From the NCBI GenBank assembly GCA_965661055.1, contig CBFICS010000005.1, positions 45,766-109,765 of the forward strand: 64,000 bases of DNA, in the 5' to 3' direction. The position numbers were made by a program, and so were the translations under genes. Below, one piece after another: positions 36,981 through 47,000 of this stretch (within the stretch, counting starts at the first letter, position 1; each line of letters opens with the position of its first letter). Below the pieces are notes generated by a model. It was not told where the DNA came from, ran no database searches, and saw only the letters and a program-made list of their open reading frames with translations. The stretch is from an uncultured Schleiferiaceae bacterium (GTDB lineage Bacteria > Bacteroidota > Bacteroidia > Flavobacteriales > Schleiferiaceae).

Positions 36981-38342
36981 TTATTTATTTACCCACTCTT
37001 TACCCCAATCGTCTAAAGACAAGCCATTAAAATTACCCGAACTCATCAAAAGCAATATAGAATCAGCGTCTGAATACTTCATGGTGGCTTCTTTTACCTC
37101 TTCTGCGCTTGACAAGACTTCCACCTTTGCGTTACCAAATGCTTCGGCAATTTTTGATGGATCTAAATCAGGTAATTTTTTATGCTCTACCGCTTTTGGA
37201 TTAAAATACACAATTGCCTTATCAGCATGATCTAAGGCTCCTTTATACTGAGGCAAGAAATCAGGGTTTAAGCTACTAAAGGTATGCAGCTCAAGACAAG
37301 CCATAAGTTTTTTATTTGGGTGCGAATCTTTAGTACCACTTACGGTTGCTTTAACCTTGCTGGGTGCATGTGCAAAATCTTTGTAGGCCGATTTTGAATT
37401 TGAGCTTGCGATGAGCTCTAATCTTTTTGAAGCTCCTGAAAAGGATTGTATCGCTTCATAGAAATCATCATCCATAACTCCCATCTGATTACAGATTTTT
37501 CTCGCGGCTTCAAGGTTTAGCAGATTGTGCTTCCCAAAAATATTCAAGGGAACTTCGCCAAAATCAGTAATTAAAATAGTCTGATCGCCTTCAATAAAAT
37601 GTTCGGGGTAGCTATAAGATTGCATCTTGTAATCCCCTCCGTGATTTTCAACAAGCTCTTTTAGTACAGGATCTTCAGCATTGTAAACTACCATTCCCCC
37701 TTCTTCTACAACATCTAGGTATTTTGAGAATTGGTCAAGATAATCTTGAAATGTTGGAAAGACATTAATGTGATCCCAAGCAATTCCAGAAATAACGGTA
37801 ATATTAGGCTTGTACAGCAAAAACTTAGGTCTTCTATCTATAGGTGAACTCAAGTACTCGTCTCCTTCTAAAACCATAAAATTGGCTTCTTCCGTCATTT
37901 TTACCATGGTGGTAAACCCTTCTAACTGAGCCCCCACCATGTAGTCTTCTTCTATACCATGATAGTGTAAAACATGAAGTATCATGGATGTTATGGTCGT
38001 TTTACCGTGAGATCCAGCAACCACAACTCTTGTTTTGTCTTTTGAAGCTTCGTATAAAAATTCTGGATAAGAATAAATGGACAGGTTAAGCTCTTTGGCT
38101 CTTAGCAATTCTGGATTATCCTCTCTTGCATGCATCCCTACGATTACGGCATCCAGTTCTTCTACAATACGCGATGAATCCCACCCCATAGAAGAGGGCA
38201 GTAATCCATATTCACTTAACCGAGACTTTGAAGGTTCAAAAATTTCATCATCAGACCCTGAAACACGGTGTCCTGACTCATGAAGAGCTCTAGCTAAATT
38301 GTGCATTGCACTCCCTCCAATAGCGATTAAATGGATTTTCAT
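36981..38342 (-). CDS. mpl: UDP-N-acetylmuramate:L-alanyl-gamma-D-glutamyl-meso-DAP ligase
   Basis: N-terminus MKIHLIAIGGSAMHNLARAL...GSDDEIFEPS and Mur ligase P-loop GSHGKTT. Confidence 0.85.
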   Translation of the reverse strand: MKIHLIAIGGSAMHNLARALHESGHRVSGSDDEIFEPSKSRLSEYGLLPSSMGWDSSRIVEELDAVIVGMHAREDNPELLRAKELNLSIYSYPEFLYEASKDKTRVVVAGSHGKTTITSMILHVLHYHGIEEDYMVGAQLEGFTTMVKMTEEANFMVLEGDEYLSSPIDRRPKFLLYKPNITVISGIAWDHINVFPTFQDYLDQFSKYLDVVEEGGMVVYNAEDPVLKELVENHGGDYKMQSYSYPEHFIEGDQTILITDFGEVPLNIFGKHNLLNLEAARKICNQMGVMDDDFYEAIQSFSGASKRLELIASSNSKSAYKDFAHAPSKVKATVSGTKDSHPNKKLMACLELHTFSSLNPDFLPQYKGALDHADKAIVYFNPKAVEHKKLPDLDPSKIAEAFGNAKVEVLSSAEEVKEATMKYSDADSILLLMSSGNFNGLSLDDWGKEWVNK

Positions 38343-38399
38343 CTTGCTGTATTTTGTTTCAAAAATAGTCCTTTAAGATGAAGGGATAAAGGCTAACAG

Positions 38400-39368
38400 T
38401 TACTTTTTGCCCCAATACTTCTCATCCGTCAAGGTTTTTAAAAACGCAATGAGTTGCTCTTTTTCTTCTTGATTAATTTCACGGACGGCGAACGTCTCCT
38501 CATTAAGAGTTAATGAATCTACTTTTTGATAATGATCTAAAACTTCTGACAAAGTTTTTGCACCTCCATTGTGAAAATAAGGAGCGGTGATTTCTACATT
38601 CCTCAAACTAGGAATCATGAATTTCTTCCAGTCACTTTCTAAAAGGGTTAATCTATAACGCCCAGGTTCTTCAGAGTCATAATCAAATTTATTTACCGCA
38701 AAAAAATAACTAGTTGTCATGGGTAGGTGATGACATTTTTCACAGTTTAACTGATCTGAAGTAAAGAGCTTAAGTCCTTGCTGTTCCTGAGGAGTCAAAG
38801 AATAACTTCCTTGAATGTATTGATCAAACTTTGAATTATAAGAAAGTAAGGTGCGCATATAACTAGCCAACACCCTAACCACATGGCGGGGTTGAACTTC
38901 TTTATCATAAATATTCTCAAACCTTTTTGAATAATCAGATTCCCTTAGGTCTTCAATTAACAGCCCCATATTATGAGCCATTTCAAAGTCGGTTTCAAGG
39001 GGTGGATTGATGGTCCTTTCCAGGGGAAAAACACCTCCTTCGGCAAAATACATTGGCTTGTAAACCACATTGAGTAGTGAAGGCGAATTCCTAAAGCCCA
39101 TGGCGCCTTTAACTCCCATGGAAATGGGCTTACCATCAGTAAAAGCTAACTCTGGAAGATGACAACTTCCACAAGATATTCCACGGTTTCCTGAAAGGAG
39201 TTCATCAAAAAACAAATCCTTACCGAGGGAAACCTCAGCTTGTAAAGGAATTAAGTGCTCTGGAAATTCTGAAAAATGATGTGGAAGTTCTGGAACATCC
39301 CATTTTTCTTGGGTATTAGATGTACAACCCAGAAGAAATAAAAAAATGAATAGGACTAACCACTTCAC
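38400..39368 (-). CDS. Di-haem cytochrome c peroxidase family lipoprotein (MauG/CCP family, MbnH-like)
   Basis: Lipobox LLGC. Two CXXCH sites (CGSCH, CEKCH). CCP-like FRNSPSLLNV and APYFHNG. Confidence 0.8.
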   Translation of the reverse strand: MKWLVLFIFLFLLGCTSNTQEKWDVPELPHHFSEFPEHLIPLQAEVSLGKDLFFDELLSGNRGISCGSCHLPELAFTDGKPISMGVKGAMGFRNSPSLLNVVYKPMYFAEGGVFPLERTINPPLETDFEMAHNMGLLIEDLRESDYSKRFENIYDKEVQPRHVVRVLASYMRTLLSYNSKFDQYIQGSYSLTPQEQQGLKLFTSDQLNCEKCHHLPMTTSYFFAVNKFDYDSEEPGRYRLTLLESDWKKFMIPSLRNVEITAPYFHNGGAKTLSEVLDHYQKVDSLTLNEETFAVREINQEEKEQLIAFLKTLTDEKYWGKK

Positions 39369-40120
39369 GGTTTTGCGTAAAAAGAAGCCGCTAAATTCAT
39401 CAACATTTTTTCTCCGATTGCATATTGAGCCGCATTTTCCATATGCGTAGAATTCTCTGTCAAGAAGTCAATTTGCCCCCCAGGACCATTGAACACTCCT
39501 GGAATGTCTATGCCGAAATTTAGAGTGTCTACCCCAGAGCCAATTGTTATAGGGTATTCATATTCTTTAACATACCCCAACTCATCAGCCCCTGGATGGT
39601 AACTTAACAACAGTAAAGAATCTGTCCCATTGTTGTCAAATAAGGTTCTTCCTTCTAGCACTAAAAACCTATATTTTAAGGCCCACGACCAATACATTGC
39701 TTTGCTAGAACTCAAAGGGTTATCAATAGAAACCGAATTGGGGTCGGTTGCGTTAAGAGCAGCATCTAGGCCTACAATAAACTTGATCTTTTTATAGCTT
39801 CCCTTGGCAAGAGACATTTCAACAGTGTTTTTACCATCAGCCATACTAAAAAACTCAACCGTTGAAGCCGTTACCCATTGATTACTAGAATTCTGAAGCT
39901 GAATTCTTGAAAGGTAAAACCTCATACCTTCTACCCTTAGCCACTGTGAGCCAGGTACAGAAAGATCTTGATTTAGTCCAACCCTATTACTATCTACTGT
40001 CATTTCAGTCGATAAAAAAACAGTTTGCTTCTCTACTGGTTTTGTTGGTTTATCATCTTCACAACTAATGACCAGGAGACTGGCAGCTAAAGCAATAATG
40101 GAGAACTTAAATTTCATCAT
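39365..40120 (-). CDS. MbnP-like lipoprotein (candidate partner/substrate of the peroxidase)
   Basis: Lipobox VISC. 4-nt overlap with the peroxidase gene. RFYLSRIQL and MYWSWALKYRFLVLEG segments resemble MbnP family proteins as I remember them. Confidence 0.5.
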   Translation of the reverse strand: MMKFKFSIIALAASLLVISCEDDKPTKPVEKQTVFLSTEMTVDSNRVGLNQDLSVPGSQWLRVEGMRFYLSRIQLQNSSNQWVTASTVEFFSMADGKNTVEMSLAKGSYKKIKFIVGLDAALNATDPNSVSIDNPLSSSKAMYWSWALKYRFLVLEGRTLFDNNGTDSLLLLSYHPGADELGYVKEYEYPITIGSGVDTLNFGIDIPGVFNGPGGQIDFLTENSTHMENAAQYAIGEKMLMNLAASFYAKP

Positions 40121-40878
40121 TGATCTAAGGTAAAGGCATCATCATTAAATGCATTAAACAAATCGGTTGCCTTAGCAAAGTCATCGGCATCGGTTGGATC
40201 GCAATTTATCATAGGCACTTGTGCCGGATTGTAAATCATAAGCAACCTAACATCAATATTTGCAGCAAAATGTGCTTCTTTGGCGTTGGCAAGAACAAAA
40301 TTGGCAGGTCTCTGAAAAGTACTATTAAAGGACTTTGTACCCAGCACCCACTTAAAAGGTTCTGAAGGAGCTGAATTTGAAGTATCTGCTCCGTCCTTAA
40401 AGTATCCTGTAATTTCTAAAAAGTTGTAACCATCTAATCCGCCTCTGTATGTAGAACCTTCTGCCATTGGAGAACCTACCGGTTGAGAAACTGGTGGCAA
40501 TGCAGAGTGAAGTGAGTCAAGTCCTGCTGATATATACATATCACCAGAATATGACATAGGTTCAATATTACCTAGAGGCACAATATTGTTATTAAAAGTA
40601 GACATTCCAAAATACTTTCCAGCATCAACAGAATCTCCATCATTAATTAAGACAAAGTTTGAGTACAGAACCTTAACATTGGTAATTTTGACCTTACCGC
40701 CAGGGATTTCATAAATTGAATCCTTACTTAACAGATTCCCATTCCAATAGTGATAAACATCAAGGAAAACATTTTTACCCTCTGAAGGATCTATTGAATT
40801 ATCAATAATATCATCCTTACAAGCATTAATAGCAACAAGTCCAGCAAGCAGAAATATAAGAGAAGTAAGCTTTTTCAT
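40117..40878 (-). CDS. Lipoprotein, distant MbnP-like paralog lacking the W-x-W segment
   Basis: Lipobox INAC from the ATG at 40878. 4-nt overlap with the downstream gene. Same length and N-terminal pattern as its neighbour, but GYNFLEITG replaces the MYWSW...FLVLEG region. Confidence 0.45.
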   Translation of the reverse strand: MKKLTSLIFLLAGLVAINACKDDIIDNSIDPSEGKNVFLDVYHYWNGNLLSKDSIYEIPGGKVKITNVKVLYSNFVLINDGDSVDAGKYFGMSTFNNNIVPLGNIEPMSYSGDMYISAGLDSLHSALPPVSQPVGSPMAEGSTYRGGLDGYNFLEITGYFKDGADTSNSAPSEPFKWVLGTKSFNSTFQRPANFVLANAKEAHFAANIDVRLLMIYNPAQVPMINCDPTDADDFAKATDLFNAFNDDAFTLDQ

Positions 40879-40966
40879 TAAAATCAATTTATTTATCAAA
40901 TATAATTGATTCAAATGAAATGAAAAGTAACGAATGTTAGAAGGGGCTGTTCAAATGAGTAATAGA

Positions 40967-41740
40967 CTAGTTTTGGGGAATTTCTTCAACCGGAGGAGTC
41001 CAAATATAGTCATCAGACTGCTCAATCGCATCCATAATTTGATTTAAAATATCATTTGAAGACTTCTTATAGTCGATATCAAGTGGTTCTTTAAATTTTA
41101 TTTTGAGCTCACAGCCCTTTTTCTTCAGAAAAAGCCCCTTTTTATCAAAAGCTCTGCGAAAACCATCAACCACAACAGGAATAACTATTGGCTCTAATTC
41201 TTTAATAATATGAGCAGTACCTCTTCTTCCCTTGACAAAGGGTTTGGTAGTTCCTTGTGGGAAAGTAATTACCCATCCACTCTGAATGGCTTTTTTAATG
41301 TTGGTAATATCTGTTGGATCTACACCGCGATCTACGGTTTTACCTGCTTCTCGCCAAGTCCTTTTAATAGACACAGAACCCGCATAAGCAAACAACTTAG
41401 GTAAGAAACCAGCCTTCATAGTTTCTCTGGCGGCTATAAAGTACACGTTAATACGTGGATTAAATACATGCCAGAAAAAATTAATCCTGTTGTAAATACC
41501 CCACTTTGAACAATTAAATATTTGATAAAGCCCAGCTACATCAGCAAAGTAGGTTTGGTGGTTGCTTACAAACAACACGTTTCTGTCCGGAAGATTTCTA
41601 AGAACATCTCCTCCCGTTATAACCGTTTTGTTAACTGCGTTGAATCTATACCAAGCCAAAGAGCCAAAGCAAAAAACTACGGCTCTCTTTAGAATATAAT
41701 TGTACCCAAAGGGATCTCTTGCAAAAGGATTTAAATTCAT
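40967..41740 (-). CDS. Lysophospholipid (1-acyl-sn-glycerol-3-phosphate) acyltransferase family protein
   Basis: HX4D motif NHQTYFAD and FPQGT motif. ATG at 41740. Confidence 0.75.
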   Translation of the reverse strand: MNLNPFARDPFGYNYILKRAVVFCFGSLAWYRFNAVNKTVITGGDVLRNLPDRNVLFVSNHQTYFADVAGLYQIFNCSKWGIYNRINFFWHVFNPRINVYFIAARETMKAGFLPKLFAYAGSVSIKRTWREAGKTVDRGVDPTDITNIKKAIQSGWVITFPQGTTKPFVKGRRGTAHIIKELEPIVIPVVVDGFRRAFDKKGLFLKKKGCELKIKFKEPLDIDYKKSSNDILNQIMDAIEQSDDYIWTPPVEEIPQN

Positions 41741-41800
41741 GGTCTTTAATTGCTGGGGCAAAGATAAAATTTATGTTGTGCAAGTAGAGTCTTATTTTTC

Positions 41801-42427
41801 TTACAATAAAATTCTTTCTTTTAACTCTGAAACCATCATAGCCGTTGCCCCCCAAATCACTCTACCTTCAACATTAAAGGCTGGAACTGAATACACTAAA
41901 CTGCCAACACTAACTTTTTGCTGGTAAAAATTTGCTGGATGCAAAAGATTTTTCACCGAAAGCGTAAACACTTCGCTTACTTCTCGTGGATCAGGAATGA
42001 ACTTTGGAAAGCTTTTGGCGTACCCTACAAAAGGGTATACCAGAAAATGACTTGGTGGAATATAAACTTCTGATAATTGTCCGATTTTTTGAATAGAATC
42101 TGGAGGAACACCTAATTCTTCTTCGGTTTCTCTGAGGGCCGTTTGCCAAAAATCAGAATCTTGGTCTTCTTCCTTACCCCCAGGAAATCCAATTTGGCTA
42201 CTATGAACTCCAGGGTAAGTATTTCTTAGAATAAACACCAATTCAGCACCTGATCTTCCCGGAACAAGTAGGGCCAAAACCGCCGCTTGTTTAGGATTTT
42301 TCTCTAAAATTTTTTCAAAATCTGTTCTAGGACGTTCGGGTGGAACTGCCTTGTATTGAGCCTCTCTGCCATCCAAGCCACTAGAAAAGCTATTGCTTAC
42401 CTTATCTATTAGTTCTTCAAGGTTCAA
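41801..42427 (-). CDS. NUDIX hydrolase, CoA pyrophosphatase-like
   Basis: Nudix box GFPGGKEEDQDSDFWQTALRETEEELG. Confidence 0.8.
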   Translation of the reverse strand: MNLEELIDKVSNSFSSGLDGREAQYKAVPPERPRTDFEKILEKNPKQAAVLALLVPGRSGAELVFILRNTYPGVHSSQIGFPGGKEEDQDSDFWQTALRETEEELGVPPDSIQKIGQLSEVYIPPSHFLVYPFVGYAKSFPKFIPDPREVSEVFTLSVKNLLHPANFYQQKVSVGSLVYSVPAFNVEGRVIWGATAMMVSELKERILL

Positions 42428-43205
42428 CTTTCTCTATTTTTGTTTGAATGGAACCTAACAAGGCTTTATTAGAAAAAGTTTTATATTCTTGGGTTTCATT
42501 GTATTTCTCTACCAATCCTGTTTCTGTAGAAAACTCAATTTGCCCTTGTGTATTAACCTCAATTACAGTTTTCACTTGTGAGCTATCGACCAAAGTGAAG
42601 TTGTAATGGACCTTTGCCGTTTTTGATTTCAGTTCTATTAACTCTAACTCAAGGGTATTCGTTGCCACTCCGCCCCTAACAACCTTCCAGCGGTCTCCAA
42701 CTTTAATTTCATCTCTTTTCGGAAAGTCAAAAAACAATCCACTCAAAGCATTCTCTAAAGATCCCGTAGGATCAGTGGAGGCAGGCTTTTCAACAAACAC
42801 TCCGTAACTATTAAGTTCTCCGGTGGCTTCACTGGACAAAACGGGTTTCAATTCTTTTGAAAGCACCCCGCTAACCCCCGTCGTATCGTCAATGTAAGAA
42901 TCGTATATAGAACTCATTGACCCCATGTTCTGCTCAACCACTATGTGATCTACGGTTAGTTTAGTAGAAATGTTTTTATTCTCTAAAACGGACAAGTTCA
43001 AGTCTATTTCAAAAAGCATACTCAACGTACTCTTTACTTCTCCCGTAAAAAATTGTTGGTCGTAAACGGTATTGTCGACTTTAAAGATATACTCAACCGT
43101 TGTGTCTTCTTCAATAATTAGTCTAGGACTCCAACTATCACTCTTAAAAGCAAACAAAAGGGCCACAATTGTGGCCCCAAAAAATATGTTTGAAAATTTA
43201 TTCAT
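42417..43205 (-). CDS. Hypothetical secreted protein
   Basis: Signal/anchor segment MNKFSNIFFGATIVALLFAF. Wedged between dps (1-nt gap) and the NUDIX gene (11-nt overlap). I recognise no motif. Confidence 0.55.
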   Translation of the reverse strand: MNKFSNIFFGATIVALLFAFKSDSWSPRLIIEEDTTVEYIFKVDNTVYDQQFFTGEVKSTLSMLFEIDLNLSVLENKNISTKLTVDHIVVEQNMGSMSSIYDSYIDDTTGVSGVLSKELKPVLSSEATGELNSYGVFVEKPASTDPTGSLENALSGLFFDFPKRDEIKVGDRWKVVRGGVATNTLELELIELKSKTAKVHYNFTLVDSSQVKTVIEVNTQGQIEFSTETGLVEKYNETQEYKTFSNKALLGSIQTKIEKVEP

Positions 43206-43206
43206 A

Positions 43207-43689
43207 CTAATGTTTATTAAGCCATGCTCGTAACATCCAAGATTCTTTTTCTTGTTGAGAAATAAACCCGGTCAATAAATCTACGGTTCCTTCGTCGCTT
43301 GCATCACCCGCTTTTTCAAGAATTTCTCTTTCAATTTCAAGAAGGCGCTTTACAGAATTCACAACAAAGGTAACAGCTTCTTCATCTCCCACTATTCCCT
43401 TTTTTTCTTGAATATCACTGTTTGCAAGATAGTCAGAAAAGCTGTGTAAAGGAGTATCTCCAAGAGTTAAAATTCTCTCTGCAACCTCATCAATTTTTAC
43501 AGCGGCATCTGTATAGTACTCTTCAAACTTTAGGTGTAATTCAAAAAAATTAGACCCTTTTATATTCCAATGAAACCCTCTTAGGTTTTGATAATGGAGT
43601 TGGAAGTTTGCTAAAAGCGTATTTAAACTATTTGACAATGATGTTGACTTTAGGGCGTCTAAGCCTATGCTATTTGTTTCCATATTCAA
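43207..43689 (-). CDS. dps: DNA starvation/stationary-phase protection protein (ferritin-like)
   Basis: Motifs NLRGFHWNIKGSNFFELHLKFEEYY and DEVAERILTLG. Confidence 0.9.
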   Translation of the reverse strand: MNMETNSIGLDALKSTSLSNSLNTLLANFQLHYQNLRGFHWNIKGSNFFELHLKFEEYYTDAAVKIDEVAERILTLGDTPLHSFSDYLANSDIQEKKGIVGDEEAVTFVVNSVKRLLEIEREILEKAGDASDEGTVDLLTGFISQQEKESWMLRAWLNKH

Positions 43690-43778
43690 TTTTATTTACC
43701 TCAAATATACCCAATGTGAGTGGTATTTTTCGTTAAGTTTGGTTGATATTATTTATGTAGTTATAAGTAGATTCAATC
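43690..43778. promoter_or_regulatory. Divergent dps/oxyR control region (expected OxyR operator)
   Basis: 89-nt AT-rich spacer between divergent dps and the LysR-type oxyR. I could not pick out a confident operator motif. Confidence 0.35.
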
Positions 43779-44717
43779 ATGACAATTACACAACTCCAAT
43801 ACATTGTAGCCGTTGACAATTTTAGACACTTTGCAAAGGCTGCAGACGCTTGTCACGTGACCCAACCTACCCTATCCATGCAGATCCACAAGCTTGAAGA
43901 AGAGTTGGGAGTGTTATTGTTTGATCGCTCAAAACAACCGGTTAAACCAACTACCCTTGGTTTAAAAATTATTGAACAAGCGCGAACTATTATCAATGAG
44001 TCTGAAAAGGTTTTTCAGCTAACTCAAGAAGCCACTGGAAACTTTGAAGGTACGTTTAGACTGGGAATTATTCCGACAGTTGCACCCTACCTTTTGCCTA
44101 GGTTTGCCAAAAAAATAGCCGCTAAGATGCCTAAGGTTGAGATCATTATTGAAGAAATGCAAACCAGTCAAATCATTGCGGCTCTGAGAAAAGATCAATT
44201 AGACGCAGGAATATTAGCAACACCCCTAGACGAACATAGCATTGTAGAAAAGCCTATATATTATGAGCCGTTTACAGCCTATGTACCCGAAGGCCACAGA
44301 CTGGCCAATGAAGAGTTCATCCTAAATTCTGAATTGTCTACTGATGACTTACTCCTTTTAAACGAAGGACATTGTTTTAGAAATAGTGTATTAAACCTTT
44401 GCGGACAAAAAGGGGCGACTTCTCAATCAAATATTCAATTTGAAAGTGGTCAATTTAACACCTTGATTAAATTGGCTGACAAAGGATTTGGAATGACTTT
44501 AATTCCATATCTAACCGCTCTAGATTTAACCGGCGATGCCAGAAATCAGGTCAAACCGATTGCTGACCCAAAGCCCACACGCGAAATTAGTATCGTCTAC
44601 AGTAGAACTCAACTGAAAATAAACCTAATTGAAGGATTGGCTAGAATTATTGAGTCTTCCATTCCTGAAAAACTTCTAGAAAAGGGCAAGGAGGTTGTTT
44701 CTCCGGTTAGATCATAA
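43779..44717 (+). CDS. oxyR: LysR-family peroxide-sensing regulator OxyR
   Basis: HTH MTITQLQYIVAVDNFRHFAKAADACHVTQPTLS. Redox Cys pair in EGHCFRNSVLNLCG. Confidence 0.85.
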   Translation: MTITQLQYIVAVDNFRHFAKAADACHVTQPTLSMQIHKLEEELGVLLFDRSKQPVKPTTLGLKIIEQARTIINESEKVFQLTQEATGNFEGTFRLGIIPTVAPYLLPRFAKKIAAKMPKVEIIIEEMQTSQIIAALRKDQLDAGILATPLDEHSIVEKPIYYEPFTAYVPEGHRLANEEFILNSELSTDDLLLLNEGHCFRNSVLNLCGQKGATSQSNIQFESGQFNTLIKLADKGFGMTLIPYLTALDLTGDARNQVKPIADPKPTREISIVYSRTQLKINLIEGLARIIESSIPEKLLEKGKEVVSPVRS

Positions 44718-46266
44718 TCATATAAGCCACTATGGTCAAAATTAGAATACTGGCTGCATTAGCCCATATTCCTAATCGAGCCATGGTTTTTATTTTTATC
44801 ACCCCACTTGAAAAAATGATGGCATTGGGAGGCGTGGCCATTGGCAGCATAAATGCGCATGAAGCCCCGATGGTAAATGGAATTGCCAATGCATAAAACT
44901 CCACACCCAAAGCCATAGCTATTCCATAAACTATAGGAAGTACGGTAGTTACCAAAGCAAGGTTTGACACCAATTCAGTTAAAAAGACACTGATAATAAT
45001 AATCATTAACAAAACGCCAAAGACTCCTAATGACTGAAGAGGTAGGTTGCCTATGGCGTCTAAAAGTCCCGAGGACTTAAATCCTGAAGCCAAAGCAAGT
45101 CCGCCGCCAAACAAGAGGAGAATACCCCAAGGCAGCTCTTTTGTATCAGACCAGGCCAATAGACCTTTTTTTCCTCCCTTTCGGGGAAGGGCAAACAACA
45201 AAACCGCAGAAATTATCGCCACAGAGGTATCTGTTAAACCAGAAATACCTAATTGGTTAACCAAGATGGATCTGAAAATCCACACCAAAGCGGTCAAAAC
45301 AAAAATCAGTAAAACCCTTTTTTCATTTACGCCCATTTTACCCAAATTATCATATTCTTTCTGAATAGAAGACGTGTTTACCTTTTTGGGAAGCTTTGAC
45401 ATTTTAATGACTACCCTAAGTATAAAGTAGCAACTAAAAAAAAGTAACAATGAAATCGGAAGTCCGATGATTAACCATTCTGAAAAACTTATTTCAGTTT
45501 GTAATTGATCCGAAACAAACCCAGCAAAAACCAAGTTTGGCGGAGTACCTACTAAGGTTGATATACCTCCAACATTTGCGCTCCAGGCGATTCCGAGTAA
45601 AAGTGAGACCGTGAATGACTTCTTGAGTTCTCCTGAAATTACCTCAATAACAGATAAGGCAATTGGCAACATCATTACAGTAGTTGCCGTGTTAGAAATC
45701 CACATACTTAACAAGTAAGTAGACATCATAAACCCAAATAAAATTTGATGGGGCTTGGGTCCGCTTTTGGTCAATATCCACAAGGCGATTCTCTTATGAA
45801 GTCCCCATCTTTGAATGGCCAACGCCAAAACAAATCCTCCAAAAAACAAGAAAACTAATGGATGAGAATAATGAATTGAGGTTTCTGCCATAGACTCAAC
45901 GTCGAGTACCGGCCAAAGAATTAATGGTAGCAGAGCGGTAACTCCCAAGTGAACAACCTCTAAAAACCACCATACAACCATCCATCCAGAAACAGAAATA
46001 ACGGCTGCATGAGGGCTTTCCATTACATTTGATAAGGAATTAAACAAAACCAAAAAAAGCAGTGGACCTGAAAGAATCTTAAACCACCTTTGTATTCTTT
46101 TATTCTTGTCGGAGGTATTTTTAGAACTCACAAAATTCAAATTTGAGCCAAAATAATACTTTTTACTAGAGTGCTTTTCAAAGAGTTCATTAGATTCAAT
46201 AAATCTCTTAATGAATAGGTGATAAAACAAAAAGGGCTCCGTAAAACGAAGCCCTAAAGCTATCAC
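44707..46266 (-). CDS. SLC13/DASS family anion:sodium symporter
   Basis: Polytopic protein with repeated hairpin motifs SNTATT and FMLPMATPPNAI. The true start is probably internal (TTG/GTG near LNFVSSKN), so the N-terminus is uncertain. Confidence 0.75.
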   Translation of the reverse strand: MIALGLRFTEPFLFYHLFIKRFIESNELFEKHSSKKYYFGSNLNFVSSKNTSDKNKRIQRWFKILSGPLLFLVLFNSLSNVMESPHAAVISVSGWMVVWWFLEVVHLGVTALLPLILWPVLDVESMAETSIHYSHPLVFLFFGGFVLALAIQRWGLHKRIALWILTKSGPKPHQILFGFMMSTYLLSMWISNTATTVMMLPIALSVIEVISGELKKSFTVSLLLGIAWSANVGGISTLVGTPPNLVFAGFVSDQLQTEISFSEWLIIGLPISLLLFFSCYFILRVVIKMSKLPKKVNTSSIQKEYDNLGKMGVNEKRVLLIFVLTALVWIFRSILVNQLGISGLTDTSVAIISAVLLFALPRKGGKKGLLAWSDTKELPWGILLLFGGGLALASGFKSSGLLDAIGNLPLQSLGVFGVLLMIIIISVFLTELVSNLALVTTVLPIVYGIAMALGVEFYALAIPFTIGASCAFMLPMATPPNAIIFSSGVIKIKTMARLGIWANAASILILTIVAYMIMI

Positions 46267-46365
46267 ACTTTATCAAACCCAAACTATTATGAAATGTAGT
46301 TCTCTCGAACACTGTAAAAGTACAATGGGTCTATGCTTTAAAACCTGATATAAGTCATGACCGAC

Positions 46366-46977
46366 TTACTTTTTCATTTTTTGGTGATATTGTACTCCGG
46401 CCCTTATTTCTACTTTTAGGTAGTTTTCATCGGGCACAATGGGACAGCTAAACCTCGTATCATAAGCACAGTAAGGATTGTAGGCTTTATTGAAGTCAAC
46501 AAGAATGGTTGTTTCGCCTTGGGCTGGAAGTTCTGCCTCAACATATCTTCCACCGCCATAAGTGCTTTCTCCATTGGTAAAGTCTGCAAACGGAATGAAT
46601 AAGTAATCTTCAAATCCCGGTCTATTTAATAATGACATATTTTGGTATGCTGTCAGTCGCAAACTATCTTCCCCTAGCGCAAAATCTATAAACCCCGCCC
46701 TTCTATATTTTGGTTTTCGTTGGGTAGATGTCGGCATCTCAAATACTTCTTGGTCCATTAATGGAGTCCACTTGGCAACCATTCTATAGTTGCTATCTAT
46801 TGTAAAAAATGGCAAAGAGTCAAATTCAGTTACTTGATCCTTTGGCAAGGGAGATTTAGCAGGATCTTTAAATTTAATATTTTCTGATTTTCTATATTCT
46901 AAAATGGTCTCATGATACGTTTGCGCCCCTAAGGGAAAGGCACTCAAAAAAACCATAATTATCAGATAAATCCTCAT
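46366..46977 (-). CDS. DUF1684 domain-containing protein
   Basis: Signal peptide. C-terminus FNKAYNPYCAYDTRFSCPIVPDENYLKVEIRAG is typical of DUF1684. Confidence 0.75.
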   Translation of the reverse strand: MRIYLIIMVFLSAFPLGAQTYHETILEYRKSENIKFKDPAKSPLPKDQVTEFDSLPFFTIDSNYRMVAKWTPLMDQEVFEMPTSTQRKPKYRRAGFIDFALGEDSLRLTAYQNMSLLNRPGFEDYLFIPFADFTNGESTYGGGRYVEAELPAQGETTILVDFNKAYNPYCAYDTRFSCPIVPDENYLKVEIRAGVQYHQKMKK

Positions 46978-47000
46978 ACCTTTACTTTTAAATTTGTTGT

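Noticed and set aside
45047-45364. 105-aa antisense ORF within the DASS transporter gene. The same applies to other internal antisense ORFs, e.g. 352..621, 7705..7980, 10790..11248, 51012..51293 and 57651..57974.
   Set aside because: Each is nested in a longer CDS that has recognisable family motifs.
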